64,000 bases of DNA from Botryllus schlosseri (taxonomy: Eukaryota), in the NCBI GenBank assembly GCA_051294905.1, contig CM119371.1, positions 12,960,001 to 13,024,000 of the forward strand, read 5' to 3'. The notes under the pieces are model-generated. The model saw nothing but the letters and a program-made list of their open reading frames with translations, did no database searches and had not been told where the DNA came from. Both the position numbers and the translations under genes were made by a program. How positions within the stretch are numbered: position 1 is the first letter of the stretch; the number at the start of each line of letters is the position of its first letter. This document shows positions 12,720 through 27,316 of this stretch, piece by piece.

Positions 12720-15700
12720 CGTGCGGACGTGTCTGATTACGCTCACGGGACCAACAATCAAAGGCGTGTTCTCAACCAAGAACTGTTAGAGTATGTCTCG
12801 CTGGGGAAAGATCGTATTGAACGAGGAAGATATTGCCATTTCTGCTAGAAGAGCTAACAGGAGAGATCAACAACATGCTTCAAAAGAACCAAGATCGGCT
12901 GTTGGACGAGATTTTCACCATCAAGAGCAATACCTCCGAGATATCTGCTAAAATGGACAAACTCAATACAAGACTAGAACCTAACAGATGTCGAAGCTAA
13001 CCGAGAAAGTATCGAGACTGCATTCAGTCGCATTGACGAGCTTGACCGCATATCTTGCCTCGATTTATTAGAACTTCAAGGCATTGTGAAGAAAGAAAAC
13101 GAGGATACAAAGGAAGTTGTTACAGATGTTTGTAAAACGATGAGGGTAAGATTGAATGAAAAGGACCTATTATTATGCTATCGTAAACCTCTCCGAGATG
13201 CTACGAAAACATCCCCTATCATGATGAAATTACTTGATCGAACTATCAGAGATGAGATCTACTTGGCATGATTGAAACTTCGCGACGTTTCGAGCACAAA
13301 GTTGGAAAATGCCAACTCAATCTTTATCACGGAAAATCTCACCGAGAGGACCCCGAAGTTATTGTATGACGCCCGTCAACTGAAAAAGAAGCAAAAATCT
13401 GATTTCCTATGGACAAGACATGGGAAGATCTGGGCAAAAAAGAACGTTGACTCATCACCATGTCTAATCGAAAAACATAGTGATCTACAGAAGACCCTGT
13501 GAACAACTATTCTCCCTCACGCAACCTATTCATAGTAAGCGCATTATTTTTCATTGTTTGATTCATTATTATGCCTTTGCCCCACTATTCTTTTGATCTT
13601 GCTAGTAGGCGACATGACAAACACAATACCAATGCCAGAACTGTTTGCAACCTCAATCAGACCTCCATGAAGGTGCTGATTTGTCCCCAGAAAGCTTCAA
13701 CTTTATCAATGTCAAGAAATGTGAATATGTTTGCCTGGATAAATTGACCGATATCTTATCGCGATCCTCCAACTCAGATTGATTCACAATATGTCATTTT
13801 AATATGAGATCACTTCAGAAGAACTATGATGTTATTTCTGAAATTATAACGTCGCTGAATAGTATGCATACTCACATCGCCATTTCTGAGACCAAACTCA
13901 AATCTGATCTGACTTCTAATATAGCATTGGATGGATATACGTTCCTTCATTCACCGACCCGTTCCAATGCGAGCGGGGTACGTCTCTATATCAAATCTAA
14001 TCTGCCATTCACTGTGCTAAAGGCCTATAATCCTGCGTATCGAGACTGAGTAGCTATGGGTCAATTTGGAAGATTTCCAGGATAACAGGCCCCTAATCAT
14101 TGCGATCATTTATAGACACCCTAGATCTAGCGTGAATGATGTCACCGAATTCACAGAAGAAATGAATCGAGCCTTGTGTAAAATCAATGGAAAGCCGAAC
14201 GATTGTTTCATCATTGGAGATCATAATGTTAACCTCAAAGCAAAAAATAGCTCGACTGTTAACCGGTATATCAATATGTTACGGAGCTGTAACTTCGTAC
14301 CATTCATCTCCCTACCGACCGGGTATTCGGACAGTTCTAGTACTCTTCTTGACCATATTTACACGAATTTATCCACCCGGGAAATTCAACTGTGTGTGTG
14401 CTCAATGGTCATATGTAATATCTGACCACTTGCCTGTTTTTGCGATAGTTGATTTGAGAACTAGCAAATGTAAACCCTTGCGTTGTTATAAACGTGTCCT
14501 CTATTGTATTGATCCTTCCCGTTTAGCAACCGAATCTGAATATGTGTTCTCTAGATTATTTGACAAACCCTTAACCTTGAGTAATTTTGAAGCATACTTC
14601 GATGCTTTCAAGAATGCCATTGACGAGTTATTGAACACTCATGCCCCTATGATCACACTCAGCTGGCGCGACCGTAAATTACTCCGCAAACCTTGGATAT
14701 CGAAAGGTATTGTGATCTATATCAGACGGCGTAACACAATGCATTATCCTCTTTTTGTTAAGGGCAATGCTGAGCAGAGGACATTTTATAAAACTTACTC
14801 GAATAAGTTAACTCGTATCAAAAAGGCTAAGCAAAACTATTTCTTGAAAGCTTTCGTAGAAAATAGAAATAATCCAAAAACAGTATCATTCGTAGGGATT
14901 CCAAAACCTCGAGTAAGGCATTGAGTATCACTGATTCAACTGGCGAGATGATAATTACCCCGGGTGAGATGCTGAATCGTTTAATGACTATTGTTGCACG
15001 TTAGGTAGGCTACATCGCTAGCGCGCGAATTGCCATCGCCGTCTGAGAGCCAGTCATTTGCCTCGACTTCCTCGAAATTCATTTAATTGAGATCAACATC
15101 GGAAAGCGAAATTGTACAGACTATAGTTGACCTTCGCAGCAATAAGGATAACGGTGTAGACGGCATCCCTGCCGCTTTTTTGATATTAATTAGTCCGTAC
15201 ATCTCTTCACTAGTTTGCAAGATATTCAACTTCTGTATAAATAATGAAATCTTTCCGAACCCCCTAAAAATAGAGAGAGTAGTCCCAATCTTCAATCAAG
15301 GAGATGACACCAACAGAAGCGACTACAGACCAATTCCTTTACTACCAACCACGGCTAAAGTGTTCGAAAAGCTAGTCCATATGAGGTTGATGGATTTCAT
15401 TGATAAAGAAGAAATTCTTTCGAAACATCAATTTGGTCTTCGGGAAGGATTCAATACGTCCCAGGCAATTCTCGATGTGACGGAGAAATACTATAAGGTG
15501 ATTGAGCGTAACAAAGTAGCATATAGTATATTCCTTGATCTCAAGAAAGCGTTTGATACCGTTGATCATGACATCCCTCTTGCCAAGTTATCGACCTGCG
15601 GTATCAGGGGTGTTGCCAATGACCTATTCATATCTTACTTGAGCAATAGATCTTAATGTGTCGATATCTCTGGGACATGTCTGATGTGTTCGAAATGCGT

Positions 15701-16110
15701 TGACAGTAAGACCTCATGTCTGAGGCATGTCTGGAGTAAGTTCGAACTCCGTTTTCGATCGCACATCATGTCTGGGACATATCTGGCGCATGTCGGGGGG
15801 CGTGTGCGAACTGTGTTGACACTCGGACATCGTGTCTGGGCATGTCTGTGGTGTGTTATGGTGTCTGGGGTGTGTTATCGTGTCTGTGACGAATCTTGAG
15901 TGAGTACAGACTGCTATTTTTGTTCATTCTTCTTGCAGAAAATATTAACAATTTACAAGCACAATTACAAGCACCGACCTATGACAGCTTGTTATATGCT
16001 TGTATTTGGCATTTACAAGCTCCATCGAGCTTGTATCAAGCATTTATTAGCTCGTTACAAGCTATTTTACAAGAATTATTTTTACAGTGTACCCGAAAGT
16101 ACGAATCACC
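12720..16110 (+). mobile_element. Decayed CR1/L2-group LINE (ORF1 plus APE-RT ORF2), internally deleted
   Basis: ORF1 fragments (IFITENLT, FLWTRHGKIW); AP-endonuclease motifs (NMRSL, IAISET, IYRHP, GDHN, TLLDHIY, SDHLP); RT motifs (YRPIPLL, QFGLR, FLDLKKAFDTVDH). Many stops and frameshifts; C-terminal-like fragment at 15900-16110. Boundaries approximate. Confidence 0.85.
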
Positions 16111-16571
16111 GCCGCGTCCATAAGAATAAGGATATATTGGTGTTACACTCTCTTTAAACGTTGGGATTAACTCGAATCGGTCATAAATGATAATTTGTGA
16201 TACACACGTTAACTAAGGACCAATCACGTGACTATTTACCATACATGATACATATTCAACACCATGCCGCCGCAGCCTATAGGCCTACCCACAACGTTAG
16301 TCAAGTCATCAACAGTATATACCTGAAGGGTCACCATGTCGCCGCCCCTATACCTCAAAAGGTGGCCATGCCACCACGAGTTTTTACGGCACCATGTCGC
16401 CGCAGCCTATACCCGAAAAGGTAACCATGTCGCCGCACCCATAAGACACAATGGCACCATGCTACCGGAGCCAATAGTTATAACGGCCAGCATGCCACCA
16501 CGAGTTTCACGGCACCATGTCGCCGCGCCCATAAGCCACAATGGCGAATCGCGAGCGATCTACTATACTAC
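16109..16571. repeat. Terminal fragment of a DNA element with tandem subterminal repeats
   Basis: Repeated caccatgtcgccgc..ccata/cctata units ending in tactatactact; homologous to 26440-26811. Confidence 0.6.
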
Positions 16572-18548
16572 TCAAGAGATCCCAGTCTGGTTCAAACAAG
16601 GGATCACCTCTCTTATTCCAAAAAATGAAAACACCAGGGACCCCAAGAACTACAGGCCGATAACATGCCTTACAACCATGTACAAATCACTGACCAAAAT
16701 CCTGGCAAAACGAAGCTACAAACACCTAGAAAACTTTATTCCGCCTGAGCAGAAAGGGTGCAAGGACCACCTGCTACTTGACAAAACCATTCTTGAAAAC
16801 AGCAAGAGGAGACACACTAGCCTCAGCATGACATGGGTAGACTACAAAAAAACTGTCGATTCAGTCCCTCACACATGGATACTGAAAACTATGCGTATGT
16901 ACAAAATGAATGCGATCATTATCAGATTTATTGAATATTCAATGAAAAATTGACATACAAAACTGTTGATCAAACATGACCAAGGTGAACAGAAACATGT
17001 ACAATTCAGATACGGAATGGTATCTTTCAAGGCGACTCATTTTAACCACTTCTATTCTGCCTCAGCTTAGCTCTACTCAGTGAGTTGCTGAGAAAAAATG
17101 AAACAGGATACGTGATGAAAAAAGCAGCAAACTCTCAAGCTCACAAGATTCATCACCTTTTGTTCATGGATGATCTAAAATTCTATGCGAAATCCGATGC
17201 GGACCTAAATAACCAAATGAAAATTGTTCATGAGTTTTCGGAAGATATAAAAATAAAATTTGTCTTGGATAAATGCTCAAAACTTACCATACGACGTGAA
17301 AGAGCCACCAGCACTGGCGACATGAACTTAAAAATAGGCGAAACCATAACAGAATTTGAATACCGAAGACCACTATAAATATCTAGGGATCTGTGAAAGC
17401 GGCAACATTAAACATGCTGCAATGAAATCCAGTCTAAAAAATACATTAGCAGACTCCGGTCAATTCTCAAAACTGAACTCAAGTCCAAAAACAAATTCAA
17501 TGATATAAACAGTCTTGCAGTGCCTGTCTTGAGAGATAGCTGTGGTGCTCTGAACCGGCGAAAAGATGAAATTAAAAGATTGGACACAAAGACGAGAAAA
17601 CTGATAACAACGCACCACATGCACACCCAAAATCTGATACACAAAGACTGTACATCCCCAGAAAAAAAGGTGGTCGAGGACTACGAGAAATTGTACAAAC
17701 TTTCAAAACAGAAATCATCGGCTTGTCACAGTACATCAACAACAGCGATAACATTTGTAACTGCAAACTCATTGCATGGAAAGATAAACAGCGCAAAACA
17801 AAATCTATGAGCTATCGTCACAACAAGTAGCCTACGTCAGGGAAGTCAACATTGAAACAGCTAACCTGTACACTGATGAAAACACTGTTGCCAAACCCAC
17901 AACAATAGCAAAAGCAGCACGAGTTCGATACAAAAATGCAACGCTCAAACTGAGAGAAACGATATGGGAGTCGATGCCTCTTCGTGGACAGCACAAGAAG
18001 TTAAGTTCACAGTTCCATGAAGACGAGCTTTCATGGACCTGGCTATCCAGTTCTGGCCTGAAACCGGTAAGCGAAGGATTCCTTTTCGCAGCACAAGTCC
18101 ATTCGCTTCCTACAAAATACTATCGCAAAAGAATTCTGATGCAAAACACAGACGGCAAATGCAGAATGTGCCAAAATCAAATTGAAATTGTAGCACATCT
18201 CATGTCCGGCAGTGGTGTACTTGCAGCTACCAAATACACATGGAGACACAATAGAATTGGTCGCTACATTCATCTTGAATTATGCAAACATTTTAACATC
18301 AACACTAGTAGTAAGGATTGAATCGTTTGGTGCGCACCAATCAAATTTCGCCACGTCGCCCTAATTGTCACGCCTACTGGACGCCCAAAGCCACGTCACC
18401 CTAATTACCACGCCTATACGACACCCATTGCCACACCCACATATTCTAATGTTTTGTGAATTTCAATACCGATTTTCCATGTGTATTTAGCAATATGTAT
18501 TGAATAACTTGTTTCCGAGAAATAAATAACATTCATTATACGTTAGAT

Positions 18549-20470
18549 CAGTGCTTTTCAACCTTTTTGAGCTTCATTCGCACTTTTTTTGTAAAATAAA
18601 TTTCATTCGCACAAAATTAACCGAATACTATTATACAAAAAGAAGATGAAAATACAACATTTATTTTCTCAGATATGCAACAAATTGGTTCCAATCTATC
18701 TTAAGCTATCAAGTATCTCATTAAATAGGCTACTATTTTCGCTCGTTTTGATTTCAACTATTTCATTAAAACGCTTTTACTATAGTGTTTGGATGACCAG
18801 GTCTTGAAGTCTGTTCTGCACTCCTATCCAACATACAGCGCATTTTTCAAGAGTGAAAAATGCTTGCTGGACAAAATCGATTTTGAGAGCTGACAAAGAA
18901 GTCTAGGAGACTCCTGTATGTCGGAAGTGTGAATAACTCGACTGTTTGTGATGAGGCTAAAGCCTTATGTCTTGGAATATAAGGTCAAAATGATCAAGGC
19001 GAGTAGGCACATTTGAGCTCATCACCTTATGACACGTTGCTCCAACTTGTTTATCGCTTTCCCATTTTATGTCACGCGAGTATGTGGTAATAGCAAATAA
19101 ACTCACGATACTGGGTGTTCTGCACTTTAGCTCAATCTAACTTGAGATTTCATAACTGTTTGAAAACGTTAAAGCAGTTATTTAGACAACCACCAAAATC
19201 TGAGTTTTTTATCGTGGCATCTCGCGACCCGAGCCTCACCCATTAAAATAAATTCATTTTTAATATTACAGTAGTATGCTATGATGTGACGGACATGCAT
19301 GATATACAGAATGCGCGCACAACTATTCTATCCAACACAGCCCTACAAAATATGTCCGATTGACGTGATTTCAAATTAGGGTGAATTAAATCCCTGTGCG
19401 TGTCACAGTTGTACTACTGTTTACCTACTCAGATTGCAAGAACGGGACTATTCCGTGCTGACAATGGAGCATATGCATATCGAATGAATTGGCCATCCAG
19501 TATCGGTCATCTTTGGCAAGGTTTTGTCGACGCTTATGTTTTTGCACCGCATTTTATCAGCCGTTTGTAGACCAAAACTTTCCGTCTTCATGTGACCCGA
19601 CGCAGAAGGGGTTCACCTCGAAACGAATGAGTCTCATATACGTGAACTCGCTCGTTGCAGATCCCTAGTAGCTACAGTAGTTCATCCCAACGGTTCTCAC
19701 GATAAAGCTTATTCGCTCAAGTACCCAACACCGTGACCTTAGATTTGTGAAATCTATCGCAGGATTTTTGCAATAAATTTAACAAATATCACATAGCCTA
19801 CTTATTAACACACAGCTCTGGCACCGTGTTGACCCAAAATTATATCTTTTGCAGTCCGTCCATACTTTATTAATCCTTGAAGGGGTAAGATTTCCATTAC
19901 AGTAACCTGCAAATGGGAGTCTGTGATGATAGTATTTACTACTATCCTCGTCCCTCGCACTAATCGAACATGTATTGCATAATTATGATGATTGTTTAGC
20001 GGAAAGTAAGCAGAAAGTCAATTTAACGTCATTTTCCCAGCCTGTCGCATGCTCAGAAGGGCTGATATACTGTATGTCTCCCACTACACCAGCTTCCAAA
20101 CCAAGCTTTTGGTTAAGTAATAATTATAGAGCGAAAATGTTAATCCACTATACGGCTTGTGAGAGCTACGACGAGTGGTGCGTTGTAACTTAACAAGTTT
20201 TTACAATTGCGTCGCAACAACAAAAGTTACACTGCCGCTAATTTCCTATAAGGTATATTTGAATTATTCCAGGCCAGAAAAATTGACAATTATTATTCAC
20301 GATTTTCCTTCGTACTCATGTGGGATTTTCATTCGCACCGTTCGCACCACCTTTGTCGTTCGCACTCATCCGGGTTTTTCATTCGCACCGTTCGCACCAT
20401 GCTCGTCATTCGCACTGCAATTTTTTCCATTCGCACAGGTGCGAACCGTCACACAGGTTGAAAACTACGC
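18549..20470. mobile_element. Degenerate hAT-type non-autonomous element with CATTCGCAC subterminal repeats
   Basis: Left end cagtgcttttcaacc; degenerate right end caggttgaaaactac; cattcgcac arrays at both ends. Confidence 0.55.
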
Positions 20471-21234
20471 AAATTTGACTCAATTTCAAGCCGTAGAAGC
20501 GGAGTTATGTCAGTTTTTCTTTGATAATTCTAGGATTATCGTTTTTATTTCTCGGAAGCAAGTCATTATCAAAACATAGTGATCAAAATTATTGCAGAGC
20601 AATACCGATTTTGCGTAAATTCTGAATAAAATCCAGAGTGTAAGAGTCTTTAGTGCATCGGAATAGTGTACTTTACAAAATTTATATGATTTTTCTTGCT
20701 GCGTTCCGGGATAAACTGTAACTCCGTGGTCAGATGCGAGATAACAGCGACTCATAGCTCATTTAGATACCTAATCTACTTTAAAATTAGTACCCGAGTA
20801 TTTGCTGCAATTATACTGCCAGATAGTTATAGCCAGAGGGTTTCGATGGTGACGTACTTGTATAATGCACATTTCGGAGAGATTAAGTAAAGCAATGATC
20901 TCAGATACATCCATTAAATTAAGGTAGAAGTAGCTATTTACGAATAAAAGTTAGTATTCTAGGTCTATATTTCTGTTTAATACTGAAAATGTCATGAAGT
21001 TGAAGCAATCTGAAATTATAAACGCTGTAGTATTAGGTACATATACGCGAAAAGCTACTTTAGTATTCTGATGGAGTGCAAATACTTGTTTACTTATCAA
21101 CTTTGAAGGCTTGCGCAGTTTGTGGTGTGATACGCAAAATTAGTGTGTTCAAATCAGACCTGTCGTAAACATAGGGATGTCGCATTAGTCCTAAATACAC
21201 ATGATAGAATATCAAGGAAAAGTATCATCTAACG

Positions 21235-21880
21235 CAGTGGTTCCCAACCTTTTTCCACTCGCGTACCATTTCGAGGTTTTCTGGAATGCTCGCGTACCAC
21301 CTACATAAGTTCCACCATTTATGACGTCATATTCATGTATCTGACCTATGCGAGGTGTAATAACAAATTTTATTAAACTAGGCATTATCTGCCAGGGTTG
21401 ATGGGATGCATGGCACTGTTTTTTCACCACCAGTCACAAGAAGAACAACATAATGAAATAACAAAAGTCAATATATTTAATGCGATGGCTGAATTTGTTT
21501 ATTTCAACTAGCTGGTCGATGCGTGGCTCACAGCGCATCTAAAGTCATGTATAGGCGAACCATGTCGGTCTCGTTTCTTCGACTTGATAGTCATCGGGGA
21601 TGAAAATCCTTGCTAGCACTGTCACGTAGAAGTGAAAATTGGCAGCTGAGAGCTTGGTAAGGTAGCGTCGAGTAAGAGGAGTCCATGCTAAGCCAGCAGT
21701 TTATTGGAGAACAACCTTTGTGTTTCGTCTTTGCTCTCTGGTCCTCCTGGATATTTATGAGTTCTTCATGCTCTCCAGTCCCGACAGGCAAGTCGGCTGG
21801 ATCAACAGAGTATGGATCGGTCATGTAGGCACAACATGTCACAGTGGCGAGAAAAAAAGACGTACCTTACCACGGACGTA
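21235..21880 (-). mobile_element. hAT (Charlie/Buster-like) terminus with decayed transposase C-terminus
   Basis: TIR cagtggttcccaacc; minus-strand fragments EELINIQED..CWLSM..SY..L and GFS..MTIKSKKR resemble the hAT dimerisation domain. Confidence 0.65.
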
Positions 21881-21929
21881 CCATCAGGGCCGTAATAGCA
21901 CTTCATCCCCCCCAAACGTTGGTCTTGGG

Positions 21930-23070
21930 TAGGGTTGCCATACGTCCGGAATTTCCCGGACATGTCCGGAATTTCACTGTTAAAACTGCGTCCGGGAGGA
22001 ATTTCTAAAATATGCCTAAATGTCCGGAATTTTGAAGGCTTGAGACGCAGGCTCATAATTTTCTCGTAAATCAACATAATAACTGATAAGATTTATGCTA
22101 CATGAAATTTTTTCTTCGCGCTGCGCACGATTTACCATCACCTATATTGACCTTAATATGGGGGCTACCACCCTCGCAAAAACTGCAATATAAAATAAAA
22201 ATAAAATAACCTTCATTCAGTGAAATAAGCCTAATTGTAATCGCAATTATAGGTGAAGGGTATATTCCTGGAGACGGTCAGGGCCGTTTGAATGCTTTAT
22301 TCAAAGATATAGTGCGTGGTTCTAAACGTGGGGGGTCGTTTGCCTTTATTCTGGGTTTCGCCAAGATATTGAACGTAATTAGGTAGTAAAATGGCCCGTG
22401 AGTAAGTCCGGGCAAAGGTGCTGACTTCTTTTAGTAATCAACTCGTCAAATTTTGATCTGGGCCACATAACATTTTCAAATTGGAGATGGAGTCGCGGCC
22501 ATAAAAGGTTGGAAACGACCGGACGTGGGGTGTTTATAAAGCTCCCTGGTGTACTCCGGTGTTAGGCTGATATATAATCTTATCGATGTGACATGAACAT
22601 GACTTAATGATGTACAATTGCACTCACTGTATTTTCGAAGTCATCATTCTGCACTAGCCCTACCGCTAACTCTCCTCATGTGGGCGGAGATCGGGTCAAA
22701 CGATAAAGTAATATATGGAAGAAGCAATATTATTGACAGAATTCATTCAAAAAATTTAACGACCATATGCATATAGAAACCAGACGCATAAAGCAAGCCC
22801 CCCAAGAAGTTGCATCGATTACCCTATGGTGGGCCCAAAATCATTGTTTATTTGGGCGGGAGGTGGCTGAAAAAATATGGTTTCGGTCATGGTTACACAA
22901 CACACAGCCACATACTCCTGAACCGGATCGTGACCACATCTGGTCGATAAGCAAAGCTTTGCTAGTGTGACGTCATATTGACAGACAATGTGCTCATACC
23001 TCCTTTTGAAATCCACTAGTCGGCGCTAAAGAGTGTCCGGAATTTGAGTCACAGAAATATGGTAACCCTA
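21930..23070. mobile_element. hAT-type MITE (TAGGGTTGCCATA family)
   Basis: TIRs tagggttgccata/tatggtaacccta, TSD gtcttggg/ctcttggg (7/8); older relative at ~56950-59220. Confidence 0.85.
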
Positions 23071-23591
23071 CTCTTGGGCCCCCCATAGGATGATAAACCG
23101 AACTTTTGGGGAACTTCCCCCAGACCCCCTTTGGATATCCGCTCTTTGCTGCTACTTGTCATCTAGATTGGGTGTCCGTACAGTGAGTCAGCTAAGGACG
23201 AAAAATGTATAATCTGGATTATATTTATTTTTCGAAAGCGAGTTATTATAAAGTCTCGGAATTTAATCATCTAACGTATAATGAATATTATTTATTTTTC
23301 GGAAGCAAGTTATTCAATACATATTGCTAAATACACATGGAAAATCGGTATTGAAATTCACAAAACATTAGAATATCTGGGTGTGGGAATGGGTGTCATA
23401 TAGGCGTGGTAATTATGGTGACGTGGCTTTGGGCGTCCTGTAGGCGTGGCAATTAAGGCGACGTGGCGAAATTTGATTGGTGCGTACTAAACGATTCAAT
23501 CCTTACTACTAAAATTTGAACAAAAAATTGGTATGACACCAGTGACAGAAAACGACCAAGTAAAAATTATGTTGGATGTATCAGTTATAAC

Positions 23592-24468
23592 TAGGGCGTT
23601 TTTTTTTGACATGTCAAAATTTGTCAAAATGTTGTCAAAATTGTAGCGGTAGGTCAAAATTTGTCACAATTGTTCATTGAGTCAAAAAATTTTTGACGTC
23701 TGCATTTCGTTTGTATCGTAGAATTTGCACTGTCGATGACCGTATCATTTGATATTTCACAGCTTTTAGCCTACTTTACAGGCCTACCGTGGTAAACGGC
23801 TAATTTTGTGCTCATTGTGAATCATAAACGGTCAAATAAAACAAATAGTAGACATGGTGGACATAGTAGACATATTATGGTCAACGTACCGCAATATCCT
23901 AACTGAAGAATAACTTCTTGGCCATTGCATCGTTCTTATATTGAGAAGCGCATGATAAAAAATTGTGATGTAGACATCATTGTCAGAATGAAGCAACACG
24001 GTGTGTCACCAGCAGTGTACGCACAACTTGAGTGTTGTCAGTCAAAAACCGCTGCTGTTGAACGTCCTTGGCAAGTTTCTTAGTAAGGACATGCACTTTC
24101 TACCGAAGAATGTAGTAAAGTAGCCTATCTCTCGTTGTACTACATTTTCTTCCCACCATAATACGTATTGTAACCGCTGGAATTCTTCATATGGGCAGAT
24201 TACGTTAAAATAATGTTTTTTTCATGTAAAAAGTTGACTGTTTCTCAGCCAAAAACGTTATTTCAGGCCAAACTACTTCGTTAGGACAGCCAGTTCCAAC
24301 CAGAAATGAAGATAAGTGGTACAATTTTAACATTATGTGGGAAAACACCTAATTTGCATACGGTAGGTCAAATTTTGGTCAAAATTCAGTTTGTTTAGGT
24401 AAAAAAAAGGAAAATTTCAATTTTTTTAGGTCAAAATCTTATTTTTTTAGGTAAAAAAAGACGCCCTA
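23592..24468. mobile_element. hAT-derived non-autonomous element inserted in the R4-type endonuclease region
   Basis: TIRs tagggcgt/acgcccta, TSD gttataac/attataac. Removing it restores SVITDREIRSNRPD; transposase-like remnant (AAVER...SKDMHFLPKNV) at ~24030-24150. Confidence 0.88.
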
Positions 24469-26439
24469 ATTATAACTGACCGCGAAATCCGGAGCAACCG
24501 CCCGGATATGATAATCAAACTAAAAAAGGCAAGAGAATGCTTGTTCATTGAACTGGCTGTCCCAGCTGATCACAATATAATGCAAAAAGCATCAGAAAAA
24601 CAATCCAAATACGTAGACCTCAAAATGGAATGCGAGAAAATGTGGCGATGCAAAATAAACATTGTACCGATAGTCATTGCCGCTACAGGGGTCGTTAGCA
24701 AAAAACTCATGAGACATATCTAACAGATTCTGGGTAACGTTCGATTCGACATGATCCAAAAGATCATGTTATTGGGCGCTGTGCAAATTCTTCGGAAGGC
24801 CTTAAATGCACCACTGGACTAAAATTACACTTGTGAATCACAGCATAATTTCTGTAATTTCAATTCTTCATGTTCAATCATCTCTTCCTCTGCTCTGAAA
24901 CCCTTGCTAATTCTTCATCTACTGCAATGCCGTAATCTGACTTCTCCATGTATTGCATAGGAATAACAATTTGACTGTATTACTGAAATTTAAAAAATTT
25001 ACTTCAATCTCGCCATTTTCTTTTGGGGGCAGGTTGCTTCCTGGATTATGTGTATATTTATCAGTTCTACTGTGAATAAAGAATATAATAATAAAATCTC
25101 GGTAATGTTTTTTGTCATGTCTGTGTTATCATCAAACAAATATGTGATTCGTTTCAAGTCTTACGATTCGATAATAACTTTCGCAGTCGGTATAAAACGA
25201 AAGTTCATTGAAATATAATACTCACGAGTTCAACAATATTCTATATCGATGTATGCAAATAATCCGACAGCTACAAGCGGATTTAAAACTTGATGCTGTC
25301 TTGTGGTTAACTCAAGTCAGTGGCCATGTTTGTGTTGATTTCAAGAATGATCATGACGAGTTGGCCGGGTAAATTAGTTAATGTGGCTGTAACTATGACC
25401 GGAAAGAGTTGCCGACATTCCAATATCTTTTACACTGTAATATACGGATTTAATTGTGATAAATTATTTCTCAGTTATTGTTCAGACATTCAAATCTCGT
25501 ATACTCAAAATATAATATGTTTATGTCAAGTCGTATATGCACCGATCAGTAAAGACTTTGTCTTACAGAATAAGTAACGACCTTTACGGTTGAATAAAAA
25601 GACCGGTCATATGAATACAGCCTGGATGAATTATTCAAGTTTGTAAGGTGTAGTGATATAATCAAGTAAGTAAAGACTGGATTTAACACTCGTGAATGTT
25701 GTTGTGAATAATTCTTCTGAGCATGGTAAGATGTACTAACGATTACATTTCCAGCTACAACGAAAATAACTAGATTCTAATAAAGTTGTGGGAATTCATG
25801 AGTTTGCGTGTTTCAAATCAATATGTGAACATTACAAGTGAGAAACACTATTGGTAATATCGGGTATAGCACAGTGCCATGTTTAGTTTATAGACTTTGA
25901 ATAAGATTATTTTGATGTCAAGGTGCGAATTACCGCATTCGACTACAATTCAACTTCAGTTGTGTAGCGAGTGAGAAATCGCTATGTCTGAGGTAACATC
26001 TTGTCAGCAGCCGTAGGATGTTGTAAACTATTTCACACCTATTGAATGTGTGTTAACCTCTCAAAGGATAGGGTTAGAACAGAAATAAGTGACAATTTGT
26101 TGGTTCTGTTATTCCTTACTTATTACTTAATAGTTATTATTGTCATTATATATCCACGTGAAATCCAGTACCGTGTCAAACTAGTTACCAAAATATTACC
26201 TTGTGAGTGATCGGCATGTCTGTAACACCAAGTCACGAAAGATGGCTATGTGTGGGTCATTATCTTGTCAGCGATCGCGATATTTGTAATTTTTTTCACA
26301 CCTTTTTGAAGTGTTAGTTTGCGAGCGCGGTTATTGTTGGTATTCGAATCACCGTCTACGCCGGCTCTGTGACAAACTAATTACCAAAATATTACTTGCG
26401 CGTGATTCCTAGATTTAGTTTGCTGAAAGTACGACAGGT

Positions 26440-26811
26440 CACCACGCCCATAAGAATAAGGGATTGGTGTTACACTCACTGCAAACGTTAGGATTAATTC
26501 GGATCGGTCATATATAATAATTTTGTTATTAAGTAATCGCGTCACTCTTTCTATACTTAATACACCATCACGTCATCAGCGATCCCTATACCTGATACCA
26601 ACAAACAATCTGCGCAAGAGTCACCTCATCAGAGATAAGGGGTCTGAAAGGGTGCCATCACCAACACGGGTTTTCAACCATCAACGTCATCAGTGAGAGG
26701 TCACCTCATCAGAGATCCCTATACTTCCAAGGCAACACGAGTTTCGAGGCACCTCACGAGAGGGCCCATAAGAACCCCTGCCACATCACGGCCGATTATA
26801 CTAACTACTAA
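26440..26811. repeat. Second copy of the 16109-16571 terminal fragment
   Basis: Shares cccataagaataagg...ttggtgttacactc...ggattaa.tcg.atcggtcata and a tactaactacta end. Confidence 0.6.
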
Positions 26812-27316
26812 CGTCTTTGCCTGAACACCAGACATTCAACGAACTGTGCTCCATTGTAAATTTAATATATCGATCTATATTCTATAATCCGCTTCGTCGC
26901 TATATACGGCACTACCTGTTGACAACCTTCGTTTCATAGCTTTTGAGTTTTCTGCTCCTCTGCAGGCCTTCACAAATTCTTTTCATATGTCAATGTCACA
27001 ATAGAGGTTATGGGTCCTCCTGGTACTATATTTTAGGCTGGCTTCGTAATCTTCAAGCTATATGCTTGGGTATTATAGCTAATACTTGGAAATTACTCTG
27101 TAATGAATAAAAGACAGAAAACTAAATATAGTTTGTAAATAGTCATTGCTGTATCTACAAGAGCACATCTCGGATACCTCGCACAGATCACTGTTACTAC
27201 CGCGTAGATACGTCATGTAGCAATATTACCAGTAAACATAATTACAAAACGAAAAGTAAAATATGGGGCCAAGCAGTTATCGACAAATAGTTGCGACAAA
27301 ATCTGTCTAGTTAAAC

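Larger units (their letters stand above)
18306..23511. mobile_element. Non-autonomous DNA element with ~240-bp TIRs (TAGTAG termini) inserted in the R4-type LINE
   Basis: tagtagtaaggattgaatcgtt... mirrored by ...aacgattcaatccttactacta; LINE coding sequence resumes immediately after 23511. Confidence 0.85.
16572..25095 (+). mobile_element. 5'-truncated, decayed R4/Dong-type non-LTR retrotransposon (RT, CCHC, restriction-like endonuclease), split by two insertions
   Basis: RT motifs PKNYRPITCL, EQKGC, WVDYKK..DSVPH, GIFQGDS, HLLFMDDLKFY; zinc motif CRMC...HLMSG...RHN; REL motif NRPD...FIELAVP.D...K..KY; aataaa and taa-rich end near 25075-25095. Confidence 0.88.

Noticed and set aside
26570..26720. 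Several minus-strand CTGATGA cores as hammerhead ribozymes
   Set aside because: No correctly closed stem II, GAAA and UH with a pairing stem I; they are diverged subterminal repeat units.
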